From: Christensenellales bacterium
GTDB lineage: Bacteria; Bacillota; Clostridia; Christensenellales; CAG-138
Reading direction: 5' to 3'
Length of the DNA: 46,245 bases
Assembly (NCBI GenBank): GCA_048421225.1
Contig: DBFNRV010000089.1
Span: forward strand, 1 to 46,245
A program made the translations under genes and the position numbers. The notes below the pieces were generated by a model. The model did not search any database. It worked only from the letters and a program-made list of their open reading frames with translations, and was not told the origin of the DNA. This document shows, piece after piece, positions 37,986 through 46,245 of the stretch (within the stretch, counting starts at the first letter, position 1; each line of letters begins with the position of its first letter).

Positions 37986-39263
37986 ATGGACATAATGGTA
38001 ATCGGCTCAGGGGGAAGGGAACACGCAATAATAAAAAAAATCAGACAGAGCCCTAACGCAGGCACGATATATGCGCTTCCAGGCAATGGCGGGATATCGG
38101 AGGACGCAGTATGCGTACCAATCGGCGCCAAGGATATAAGCGGTATTGTGAAGTTTGCGCAGGATAAGGGGATTGGCTTTGTAGTAGTAACTCCGGACGA
38201 CCCGCTTGCGCTGGGCGCGGTGGACGCCCTGCACGAGGTGGGCGTACCGTGCTTTGGTCCTGTTAAAAGGGCGGCGGAAATAGAGAGCAGCAAGATATTT
38301 GCTAAAGAGCTTATGAAAAAGTACGGCATACCCACGGCTGAGTACAAGGCTTTTGACGATCCGGACGATGCTGAAAGATACCTTGACGCGGTCGACTACC
38401 CCGTTGTTATAAAGGCTGACGGGCTAGCGCTAGGAAAGGGCGTTATAATTGCCAACGACAGGGCTGAAGCTCAAAACGCCGTGGACGCCATGATGCGCGG
38501 CCTGGCGTTTGGCGACAGCGGTTCGAGGGTTGTAATTGAGGAGTTTTTGCAGGGGCCAGAGGTAACGGTCCTTACGCTTACAGACGGAAGCACCATTGTA
38601 CCGCTGGGTTCATCCATGGACCACAAGCGCGCGCTTGATTATGACAAGGGGAAAAATACCGGCGGAATGGGCGTAATAGCCCCCAATCCGTTCTACACGG
38701 ACGATATAGCAAAGGAATGTATGGAGCGTATATTTATCCCAACAATCCGCGCTATGGAAAAGGAAGGCCGTTTATTCAGGGGATGCCTGTACTTTGGATT
38801 GATGCTTACCAAACACGGCCCAAAGGTCATCGAATACAATTCGAGGTTTGGCGATCCAGAGACACAGGCGATACTCCAGTTAATGGAAGCGGATCTGCTG
38901 GAACTCATGATTGCTGTTGAAGAAGGGCGCTTAAAGGATATGGATGTAAAGTTTAAAGATGGAGCCGTATGCTATATCGTGCTGGCGTCTGGCGGCTATC
39001 CCGAAGCGTACGAGACGGGAAAGAGGATAGTGTTTGGGGCGCCCGAGGAATTTAACGGTATAACAATATACCATTCTGGAACAAAGCGTGAGGGGGATGC
39101 GTTTGTTACGTCGGGCGGAAGAGTATTGGGCGTATCTGCTGTAAGAGGCACATTGAAGGAAGCTATTGACGCGGCTTATTCAGCGGCCGGAAAGATATAC
39201 TTTGAAGGAATGCATTATAGAAGGGATATTGGCAGGTCTGCCCTTGGCGGATTTGCTGAATGA
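37986..39263 (+). CDS. purD: Phosphoribosylamine-glycine ligase
   Basis: 425 aa with MVIGSGGREHAI, an ATP-grasp core, and EYNSRFGDPETQ. Confidence 0.95.
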   Translation: MDIMVIGSGGREHAIIKKIRQSPNAGTIYALPGNGGISEDAVCVPIGAKDISGIVKFAQDKGIGFVVVTPDDPLALGAVDALHEVGVPCFGPVKRAAEIESSKIFAKELMKKYGIPTAEYKAFDDPDDAERYLDAVDYPVVIKADGLALGKGVIIANDRAEAQNAVDAMMRGLAFGDSGSRVVIEEFLQGPEVTVLTLTDGSTIVPLGSSMDHKRALDYDKGKNTGGMGVIAPNPFYTDDIAKECMERIFIPTIRAMEKEGRLFRGCLYFGLMLTKHGPKVIEYNSRFGDPETQAILQLMEADLLELMIAVEEGRLKDMDVKFKDGAVCYIVLASGGYPEAYETGKRIVFGAPEEFNGITIYHSGTKREGDAFVTSGGRVLGVSAVRGTLKEAIDAAYSAAGKIYFEGMHYRRDIGRSALGGFAE

Positions 39264-39274
39264 GAGGATAACGC

Positions 39275-42200
39275 ATGGTTTACAGAATCTATGTAGAGAA
39301 GAAGGAAGGCTTTAATGTGGCGGCTTCATCGTTGCTGCACGAATTGCAATCGTTTTTGTGTATAGACAGCCTCAAGGAAATAAGGCTGTTTAACCGTTAT
39401 GATGTGGAGGGAATAGATGGGGAGCTATTTGAATATTGCTGCAAAACGGTGTTTTCAGAGCCCCAAACGGATGTAACGTATGATGAACTGCCGCAGCTTC
39501 CAGAATGCAGGATTTTCGCGGCCGAATACCTCCCTGGCCAGTTTGACCAGCGCGCCGACTCGGCAGCGCAATGTATCCAGCTTATTTCGCAATCCGAGCG
39601 CCCCTCCGTGCGCACGGCGAAGATATTTGCGCTTAAGGGGGTTATTACGGACGATCAATTCGAGAAAATAAAAGCGTATGTAATTAATCCGGTTGACAGC
39701 AGGGAAGCTTCTTTCGTACTTCCAGCCACGCTTGAACTTTCGTGCGAAAAGCCAGGGCCAGTGCCCTTGATAAGCGGGTTTATATCATTTGACGACAAAT
39801 CGCTTCAAAACATCATACAGGAGTACGGCCTTGCCATGGACATGGCGGACATAAGATTCTGTCAGGAGTACTTTAGGAGCGAAAACCGAGATCCATCCCT
39901 GGCTGAAATACGCGTGATAGATACTTACTGGTCGGATCATTGCAGGCATACAACGTTTTTAACTCAAATAGGGAACGTTTCATTTGAAAACGAAGCGGTT
40001 AAAAACGCGTATGAACGATATATCAAAATAAGGGAAGAGCTGGGAATAAAAAAGCCGGTTTCACTTATGGATATAGCGACGATAGGTGGAAAATACCTTA
40101 AAAGAGTGGGGAAGCTTAAGGATCTGGACGAATCTGAGGAGATAAACGCATGCACCGTAAAGATCAAAGTTGAAAGCGGCGGACGCGCTCAGGATTGGCT
40201 CTTGTTGTTTAAGAATGAAACGCATAACCATCCCACGGAAATCGAACCTTTTGGCGGCGCGGCCACCTGCATCGGCGGCGCGATACGCGACCCATTGTCA
40301 GGAAGGAGCTACGTATATCAGGCTATGAGGATAACGGGCGCGGGCGATCCCTATGAGCAGCGGACGCTCACAGGGAAGCTGCCCCAGCGCAAGATAGCGG
40401 TGGAATCGGCGGACGGATACAGCTCCTATGGCAACCAGATAGGTTTGGCAACGGGTATTGTCGATGAAATTTACCATCCAGGATATGTAGCAAAGCATAT
40501 GGAGCTGGGAGCTGTCGTTGGGGCGGCCCCAGCCGAGAATGTAAGGCGGGAAAGGCCCTCCCCTGGCGACGTCGTAGTATTGATAGGCGGACGTACGGGA
40601 AGGGACGGCTGCGGCGGGGCAACGGGTTCATCAAAGGCGCATAACACCGCCTCCCTTGACACATGCGGAGCGGAGGTACAAAAGGGGAACGCGCCGGAGG
40701 AAAGAAAGCTTCAGCGCCTGTTCAGAAACAGGGAAGCCGCTTTCATGATAAAGAGGTGCAACGATTTCGGTGCGGGCGGGGTATCGGTGGCCATTGGCGA
40801 ACTGGCCGACGGCCTTGACATAGATCTGAATGCCGTCCCAAGAAAATATGAGGGATTATCAGGCGTAGAGCTTGCTATAAGCGAATCGCAGGAGCGCATG
40901 GCCGTAGTGCTTGAGAAGGACGATGTTCCACGGTTTCTTGAATTGGCCGGCGACGAAAATTTGGAAGCTACCATTGTTGCTTGCGTAACGCGCGACAGAC
41001 GTCTGGTAATGAGGCATAATGGATGTAAGATCGTGAATATATCAAGGGATTTCCTTGATTCAAACGGGGCTGCAAAGCATACTGACGTACGCGTAGCGGC
41101 TCCCATCCCTCATGAAAGTGAAATACAGGGCGGATCATTCGAAGATAGAATGGTTAAACTGGCCTCTGATCTCAATATATGTTCAAAGAGGGGATTGAGC
41201 GAGCGTTTTGATTCCACAATAGGAGCCGGCACGGTGATAATGCCATTTGGCGGGGCAAGGCAGCGGACGCCCGCCCAGGCGATGGCGGCGAGGATACCGA
41301 TGCTATCCGGCGTGGCCGAAACATGCTCCGTTATGGCGTATGGTTATGACCCTTACCTATCCGAGTCCGATCCGTTTAAGGGGGCATATGCCTCAGTGGT
41401 GCATTCCGTATCAAAGGTAATAGCATCGGGAGCCGACATATCGCGATGCTGGCTAACATTGCAGGAATTCTTTGAAAAGCTGAGAAACGATCCGTTGAGA
41501 TGGGGAAAGCCTATGGCAGCGCTTTTGGGAGCGCTTTCAGCGCAGCTTGACCTTGGACTGGCTGCAATCGGGGGCAAGGATTCAATGAGCGGTTCATTCG
41601 ATAACCTGGACGTACCTCCCACGCTCGTATCATTTGCGGTTGCTGTGGCTGAAGCAGGCGATGTGATATCTCCTGAGTTCAAGAGCGTGGGTTCGGATTT
41701 GATGCTCATCGCGCCTGAAGGATGGGTAAGCGGCCTGTGCGGCGGGAAACCGCTACTTGAGGCGTTTGAAACTGTATCCAGGCTGATAAGGGAAAAGAAA
41801 GCTGTTTCCGTTTTCGCCCTTGGGCGCGGGGGCATAGCGGAGGCATTGCTTAAGATGTCCCTGGGTAACGGAATAGGAGCAAGGCTGGACGTTGATTCCA
41901 ACCTTGCATTCAAGCCCTGTTACGGAGGATTTATAGTGGAGCTGGCGCCTGGATTCAAAGGCGATGTAGGCGGGGGCGATATTATTGGGAATACTTCCAA
42001 GGGGTACCGCATTGAGGTAAGCGACGGCAGCGCGGATTTGCAAACTGTTGAAAAAGCATATGAGGGCAGGCTGGAACCAATATATCCGACACATGCCGAA
42101 GCCCGCGGTCAAGCCATAAGGACATGCTCATATAAAGCGTCCGCATGGTCAAGACCAGCGGTAAAAATTGCATCGCCAAGGGTGTTAATACCGGTATTCC

Positions 42201-42973
42201 CGGGAACGAACTGTGAATACGATACAGCGGAAGCGTTGAAGGCGCTGGGAGCTGAACCGGATATCCTTGTAATAAAGAACCTAACCTCATCGGCGGTTGA
42301 AGAATCGGCTCATGAGTTTGCAAGAAGGCTTTCAAAGTCTCAGATTCTGTTCATACCAGGCGGCTTCTCCAGCGGAGACGAACCCGACGGGTCGGGCAAA
42401 TTTATAACCGCCTTTATGAGAAACCCTTTAATAAGCGAAAGAATCTCAGACCTTCTGGATGCGCGCGACGGACTGATCTGCGGCGTGTGCAACGGATTTC
42501 AGGCCCTCATAAAGCTCGGCCTTGTGCCCTATGGTGAAATACGGGGAGTGGATGCGTCAAACCCAACGCTTACCTACAACAGGATAGGACGCCATCAGTC
42601 CAGGCTTGTCAGGACAAGGATAGCATCCAATAAATCGCCATGGTTGATGCGTTATAATGTCGGAGATGTACATTTAACCCCTGTTTCGCATGGGGAGGGG
42701 CGTTTCGTATGCGCTGCGGAGCTTCTTGAAAATCTGGAGAAAAACGGGCAGATTGCTACGCAGTACGCCGATCTTTCCGGCACGCCTTCAATGGATATGG
42801 ATACAAATCCCAATGGTTCAGACTGGGCCGTCGAAGGCATTACCTCGCCGGACGGGCGAATATTTGGAAGAATGGCGCACAGCGAGCGCTGCCGTGAGGG
42901 ACTATATAAAAACGTACCGGGAAATTATGTAAACGATTTTTTCAGTGGCGCTGTAGACTATTTTAGGCTGTAA
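39275..42973 (+). CDS. purL: Phosphoribosylformylglycinamidine synthase, single-chain large form (PurS-PurL-PurQ fusion)
   Basis: 1232 aa with the ETHNHPTEIEPFGGAATCIGG synthetase motif. The C-terminal glutaminase has GVCNGFQAL (Cys nucleophile) and SHGEGRF. Confidence 0.95.
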   Translation: MVYRIYVEKKEGFNVAASSLLHELQSFLCIDSLKEIRLFNRYDVEGIDGELFEYCCKTVFSEPQTDVTYDELPQLPECRIFAAEYLPGQFDQRADSAAQCIQLISQSERPSVRTAKIFALKGVITDDQFEKIKAYVINPVDSREASFVLPATLELSCEKPGPVPLISGFISFDDKSLQNIIQEYGLAMDMADIRFCQEYFRSENRDPSLAEIRVIDTYWSDHCRHTTFLTQIGNVSFENEAVKNAYERYIKIREELGIKKPVSLMDIATIGGKYLKRVGKLKDLDESEEINACTVKIKVESGGRAQDWLLLFKNETHNHPTEIEPFGGAATCIGGAIRDPLSGRSYVYQAMRITGAGDPYEQRTLTGKLPQRKIAVESADGYSSYGNQIGLATGIVDEIYHPGYVAKHMELGAVVGAAPAENVRRERPSPGDVVVLIGGRTGRDGCGGATGSSKAHNTASLDTCGAEVQKGNAPEERKLQRLFRNREAAFMIKRCNDFGAGGVSVAIGELADGLDIDLNAVPRKYEGLSGVELAISESQERMAVVLEKDDVPRFLELAGDENLEATIVACVTRDRRLVMRHNGCKIVNISRDFLDSNGAAKHTDVRVAAPIPHESEIQGGSFEDRMVKLASDLNICSKRGLSERFDSTIGAGTVIMPFGGARQRTPAQAMAARIPMLSGVAETCSVMAYGYDPYLSESDPFKGAYASVVHSVSKVIASGADISRCWLTLQEFFEKLRNDPLRWGKPMAALLGALSAQLDLGLAAIGGKDSMSGSFDNLDVPPTLVSFAVAVAEAGDVISPEFKSVGSDLMLIAPEGWVSGLCGGKPLLEAFETVSRLIREKKAVSVFALGRGGIAEALLKMSLGNGIGARLDVDSNLAFKPCYGGFIVELAPGFKGDVGGGDIIGNTSKGYRIEVSDGSADLQTVEKAYEGRLEPIYPTHAEARGQAIRTCSYKASAWSRPAVKIASPRVLIPVFPGTNCEYDTAEALKALGAEPDILVIKNLTSSAVEESAHEFARRLSKSQILFIPGGFSSGDEPDGSGKFITAFMRNPLISERISDLLDARDGLICGVCNGFQALIKLGLVPYGEIRGVDASNPTLTYNRIGRHQSRLVRTRIASNKSPWLMRYNVGDVHLTPVSHGEGRFVCAAELLENLEKNGQIATQYADLSGTPSMDMDTNPNGSDWAVEGITSPDGRIFGRMAHSERCREGLYKNVPGNYVNDFFSGAVDYFRL

Positions 42974-42992
42974 GCAAGGGAGGAAATGTCAA

Positions 42993-43841
42993 ATGCCAGG
43001 TATAATTGACGGCAAGGCGGTCGCGGAGGCGGTATATTCTGGACTAAGACCTAGGATAGAATCATTGGCGTTGAAGTCAGTCAAACCATGCCTCTGCCTA
43101 GTGCTTGTGGGTGGAGACGAGTATTCGGAACGCTATATTGGCATCAAGGCCAAAAGGGCGAGGGCGCTGGGTATGGAAGCGCGTGTTTTTAAGCTGCCTG
43201 AGTATACGGAACAGGGAGAGCTTATTGGCATGGTAAAGGATTTAAACGAGGACAGCACTGTTCACGGCATATTGGTGCAGCTTCCGTTGCCAACCCACAT
43301 AGACCAGCATGCGGTCATAGGCGTGCTTAATCCCGAAAAGGATGTTGACGGATTCCACCCTGAGAGTTCAGGACGACTCATGATAGACCTGCCGTCAATT
43401 CCGCCGTGTACGCCAAGGGGGATAATAGAGCTTATAAAGAGTACGGGCAGGGATATATCGGGCCTACATGCGGTTGTAATAGGTCGTAGCATGGTGGTTG
43501 GCAGGCCGACCTCCATGCTTTTGACCAATGAGAATGCAACGGTTACGCTATGCCATTCAAAGACCCGTGAACTATTCAGATTCACTAAAGAGGCCGATAT
43601 TATCGTGTCGGCGACGGGCAGGCCGGGATTGATAGACGGGGATATGGTTAAAAAAGGAGCGATTGTAATAGACGTAGGAAACTCAACGGTTGACGGAAAG
43701 CTTGTAGGGGACGTGGACTTCGAGTCGGTTAGGACGAAAGCGGATTTTATCACGCCGGTCCCCGGAGGCGTAGGGCCGATGACGATAGCCATGCTTATGC
43801 AAAACACTGTGGAAGCGGCCGAGCTTAAAGCACGATTATAA
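42993..43841 (+). CDS. folD: Bifunctional 5,10-methylene-THF dehydrogenase / methenyl-THF cyclohydrolase
   Basis: 282 aa with GILVQLPLP, NPEKDVDGFHP, VIGRSMVVGRP and PVPGGVGPMT. Confidence 0.95.
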   Translation: MPGIIDGKAVAEAVYSGLRPRIESLALKSVKPCLCLVLVGGDEYSERYIGIKAKRARALGMEARVFKLPEYTEQGELIGMVKDLNEDSTVHGILVQLPLPTHIDQHAVIGVLNPEKDVDGFHPESSGRLMIDLPSIPPCTPRGIIELIKSTGRDISGLHAVVIGRSMVVGRPTSMLLTNENATVTLCHSKTRELFRFTKEADIIVSATGRPGLIDGDMVKKGAIVIDVGNSTVDGKLVGDVDFESVRTKADFITPVPGGVGPMTIAMLMQNTVEAAELKARL

Positions 43842-44075
43842 TTATAATATATGAGACTTGGCGGCGTATGGAAACCGCGGCCATGTACCAAGGCTTATAA
43901 GACTTGAGAGAGATGGTAGTTAGCCGCTTTGGTTCGGTTTACACTTAGTAATAATGCTGATTGCCGTGTCTCACTGAGTCTGTTAAAGCATATAAAAAAG
44001 CTGAACTGTGGCGCCACGCTGGCTAATATGGTATAATTAATAAATAATCGATTTAAATACTTAAGGAGAGGTACA

Positions 44076-44582
44076 ATGGCAGAGATAATTAAGGTGTTTA
44101 AGGAGCACATGCCTGAGCTGAAACTCATCGGCAAGAGGTATGGAGATAAGGACAGGGATATGTATGGATCCTACTCCGAAAAATGGCAGGAGTGGTTTCA
44201 AAGAGGTTATTTTAACGATCTTAAGCAGTGCGGAGGAATCGAGCATATCAGCGACGATTATGTCGGCATGATGCGGTATTCTGAAGAAGGCTTTGAATAT
44301 TGGATCGGCCTCCTGATGTCGCCCGAGGATAAAGCGCCGGAGGGCTTTGACTCGGTTTCAGTTACCGAGGGGGATCTAGGCGTGTGCTACGTATATGGAA
44401 AGCAGAGTTCTGGAGAGCTCTTCGGCATGGACGTGCATAACGCTTGCATGAAAAAGTTTGCGGATCAGGGATGGAAAATAGAACGTTCGGCTTGGTTTAT
44501 TGAAAGGTATAATTGCCCAAGATATACGGATGCCGATAAGGAGGGCAATGTTATTTTGGATTACTGCGCCTATATTGACTAG
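44076..44582 (+). CDS. GyrI-like small-molecule-binding domain protein (stand-alone effector-binding domain)
   Basis: 168 aa. The pattern (ELKLIGKRY...YWIGLL..E...PEGFDSV.V.EGDL.VCYVYG) resembles AraC/GyrI effector-binding-domain proteins. AAGGAGAGG lies upstream, and TGGTATAAT (an extended -10) is at 44029-44037. Confidence 0.5.
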   Translation: MAEIIKVFKEHMPELKLIGKRYGDKDRDMYGSYSEKWQEWFQRGYFNDLKQCGGIEHISDDYVGMMRYSEEGFEYWIGLLMSPEDKAPEGFDSVSVTEGDLGVCYVYGKQSSGELFGMDVHNACMKKFADQGWKIERSAWFIERYNCPRYTDADKEGNVILDYCAYID

Positions 44583-44796
44583 CTAACGATTGGCGGCGTA
44601 GACGCTAAATGTCTTATTAGTCCGCCGCCATCCATTTTCAATAACAGTTATAACATAGACTTTATAAGTTGATTATTTTATCTATATATTAATTATAAGA
44701 TGATTCGTCGCCCATGTTTCAAATAATTCTTTTTTTAAGCGCAAGTAACTTTCAGCGTTAATAAATGATCGCTTTTTATTGTGAAAGGAGTTTTAT

Positions 44797-45789
44797 ATGG
44801 TTAAAAAAACATTTGGCTTGTTATTGGCGATAACAATATTGGCATGTGCGGTTTTGTTAACCGGATGTGTTTCACAAGATTGTCAAACGGAAGGGGAGCA
44901 AACAATAAATCCCACGATTAAACCTGAGGGCACGCCGGATGCCACTGAGGAGCAGACGCAAACGGTAGCGCGGAGCCCTGTAAACGATATTTATGAAACG
45001 CTGAAGGAGGTTGATGATTATAGCGATTGGTATATAATACAAAGGAAACCGAATATACAGGATGATATGGAGGTTCACTTTATAAACATAGGCGAGTCGA
45101 TTGATGCAGGCGGGTATAAATATAAGCTGTGGGCTACACAAGCGCGGGATGGACTCTATCAGCTGATGCTGAGTCAGGACGGCTACAACTATGAAATAGG
45201 AAGTCCAAAGAAGTTCGAAGGCGCTTATGCCGCAATCCTGGATCTGAATGGGGACGGGAAACTAGACGATGTTATAATAGCGGCGCAGTATACGGACTTT
45301 GACGCTCCGTCAACCTGTGATACCTATGTTTGGGACGGCAGGTTTTGCTTTGTGCGCTCATGCATAGACAAGTATCCAGTCGACGTGGAAGAGGGTTATA
45401 TAACCTTAAAAATGCTCTTTGATAATATTATCGGCGCTAAGCATGTCACGATGAAATATGCTTATTCAAATGAGATGTTGGTGCAGAGCAGCCTGTTTTT
45501 CAATATAGTTGTTGAGGAAGGCTGTGAACCGAAATACCATACGATAATTAAGGACTTTGAAGCATTTATGCTAAAGGATGCCGATACGGGCTTATATAGC
45601 CCAATTACTCTGAAGGCAGGGACAAAGCTTCAGATAATCAGCACAAATTTGATAGACAGAATAAATTTCAAGACTGATGGCGGGCTGGAAGGCTATTTCA
45701 ATTATTCGTTTTTCACATGGGACAGGCTAATTAACGGAGTTGTGCAGGAGGAGATATTCGATCCCGATGAATTCTTTTGGCCGGAGTAA
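44797..45789 (+). CDS. Hypothetical lipoprotein
   Basis: Signal peptide with lipobox (VLLTGC) and AAAGGAG upstream. A Thr/Glu/Pro-rich linker follows, and one DLNGDGKLDD loop looks calcium-binding or FG-GAP-like. No family was assigned. Confidence 0.55.
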   Translation: MVKKTFGLLLAITILACAVLLTGCVSQDCQTEGEQTINPTIKPEGTPDATEEQTQTVARSPVNDIYETLKEVDDYSDWYIIQRKPNIQDDMEVHFINIGESIDAGGYKYKLWATQARDGLYQLMLSQDGYNYEIGSPKKFEGAYAAILDLNGDGKLDDVIIAAQYTDFDAPSTCDTYVWDGRFCFVRSCIDKYPVDVEEGYITLKMLFDNIIGAKHVTMKYAYSNEMLVQSSLFFNIVVEEGCEPKYHTIIKDFEAFMLKDADTGLYSPITLKAGTKLQIISTNLIDRINFKTDGGLEGYFNYSFFTWDRLINGVVQEEIFDPDEFFWPE

Positions 45790-45992
45790 TAATTAAGCCG
45801 GATAGCCCTATTCTATATAAATTGCTCTATGCTAAAGTAAATAGTTAGCCATGGCCAGTTAGCGCTAGCTCCTCATGTAATCGCAAGTGGGATAATTACT
45901 GGGAAATATACTTAAGTCTGTACCAAATGATTGTACCAGATTACAAGTTTGTATTAACGCTTACAATTTAAAAAGAAAGGGGATATAGGGAA

Positions 45993-46245
45993 TTGTCTAA
46001 ACAACATATAAAAACAACTATAATTATAGCCATTGTAATAACGATGCTGTGTCTATACGGATGCAACAAAGTGGATAACCTTATGACTACTCCCTTAGAA
46101 ACATTGAAGCCTACCATGGCGAATGGAAGCAAATCCAATGTGGAGGGACAATTCGATGAAGACTTAGAGGAGGATGAGACACAGGGAATCGCCGGCTATA
46201 ATAATTGGCAGCTAATCTACAAAACTGAGGACATAAAGGATGATA
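45993..46245 (+). CDS. Hypothetical lipoprotein, 5' partial (runs off the window)
   Basis: TTG start preceded by AAAGGGGA. There is a hydrophobic signal peptide with lipobox (LCLYGC). The frame stays open to the window end. It is absent from the ORF track because it is incomplete. Confidence 0.4.
   Translation, partial: MSKQHIKTTIIIAIVITMLCLYGCNKVDNLMTTPLETLKPTMANGSKSNVEGQFDEDLEEDETQGIAGYNNWQLIYKTEDIKDD

Noticed and set aside
43842-44075. Possible structured RNA or attenuator between folD and the GyrI-like gene
   Set aside because: Only short (5-bp) imperfect pairings were found, with no terminator and no match to a riboswitch I know. An extended -10 (TGGTATAAT, 44029-44037) suggests it is simply the promoter region of the downstream gene.

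Overview
46.2-kb chromosomal segment from a spore-forming Firmicute, probably Clostridia (about 50% GC, AGGAGG-type ribosome-binding sites). Most of it is housekeeping. There are three tandem M42 aminopeptidase paralogues (562-3654, -). There is a NuoE/GHKL-ATPase/2Fe-2S ferredoxin/NuoF flavoprotein operon typical of electron-bifurcating hydrogenases, but no catalytic subunit follows it (22572-25819, +). A minus-strand two-subunit fumarase-purA-purB cluster (27142-31358) sits divergent from a long operon purE-C-F-M-N-purO-purH-purD-purL-folD (31556-43841, +). Also present are truA, an ECF sigma/anti-sigma pair, several transporters (CDF, CaCA, AEC, ECF S-component), an SDR, a 2-hydroxyacid dehydrogenase and several lipoproteins. 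The most unusual region is 8800-12774. It holds a GT2-TPR glycosyltransferase followed by two paralogous BclA-like collagen-repeat genes. These two genes share a duplicated promoter/5' module and a Cys-cluster N-terminus but have different C-terminal domains, and one carries a CBM5/12-like module inside its collagen stalk. I read this as a putative spore-surface glycoprotein filament locus. Other items worth checking are a four-helix junction upstream of the CDF transporter (candidate czcD/NiCo riboswitch), decayed mobile-element remnants (serine recombinase, XRE regulator), and several palindromes and tandem repeats in intergenic DNA. No rRNA, tRNA or CRISPR array was recognised. All family assignments come from motif recognition by eye and need HMM or BLAST confirmation.
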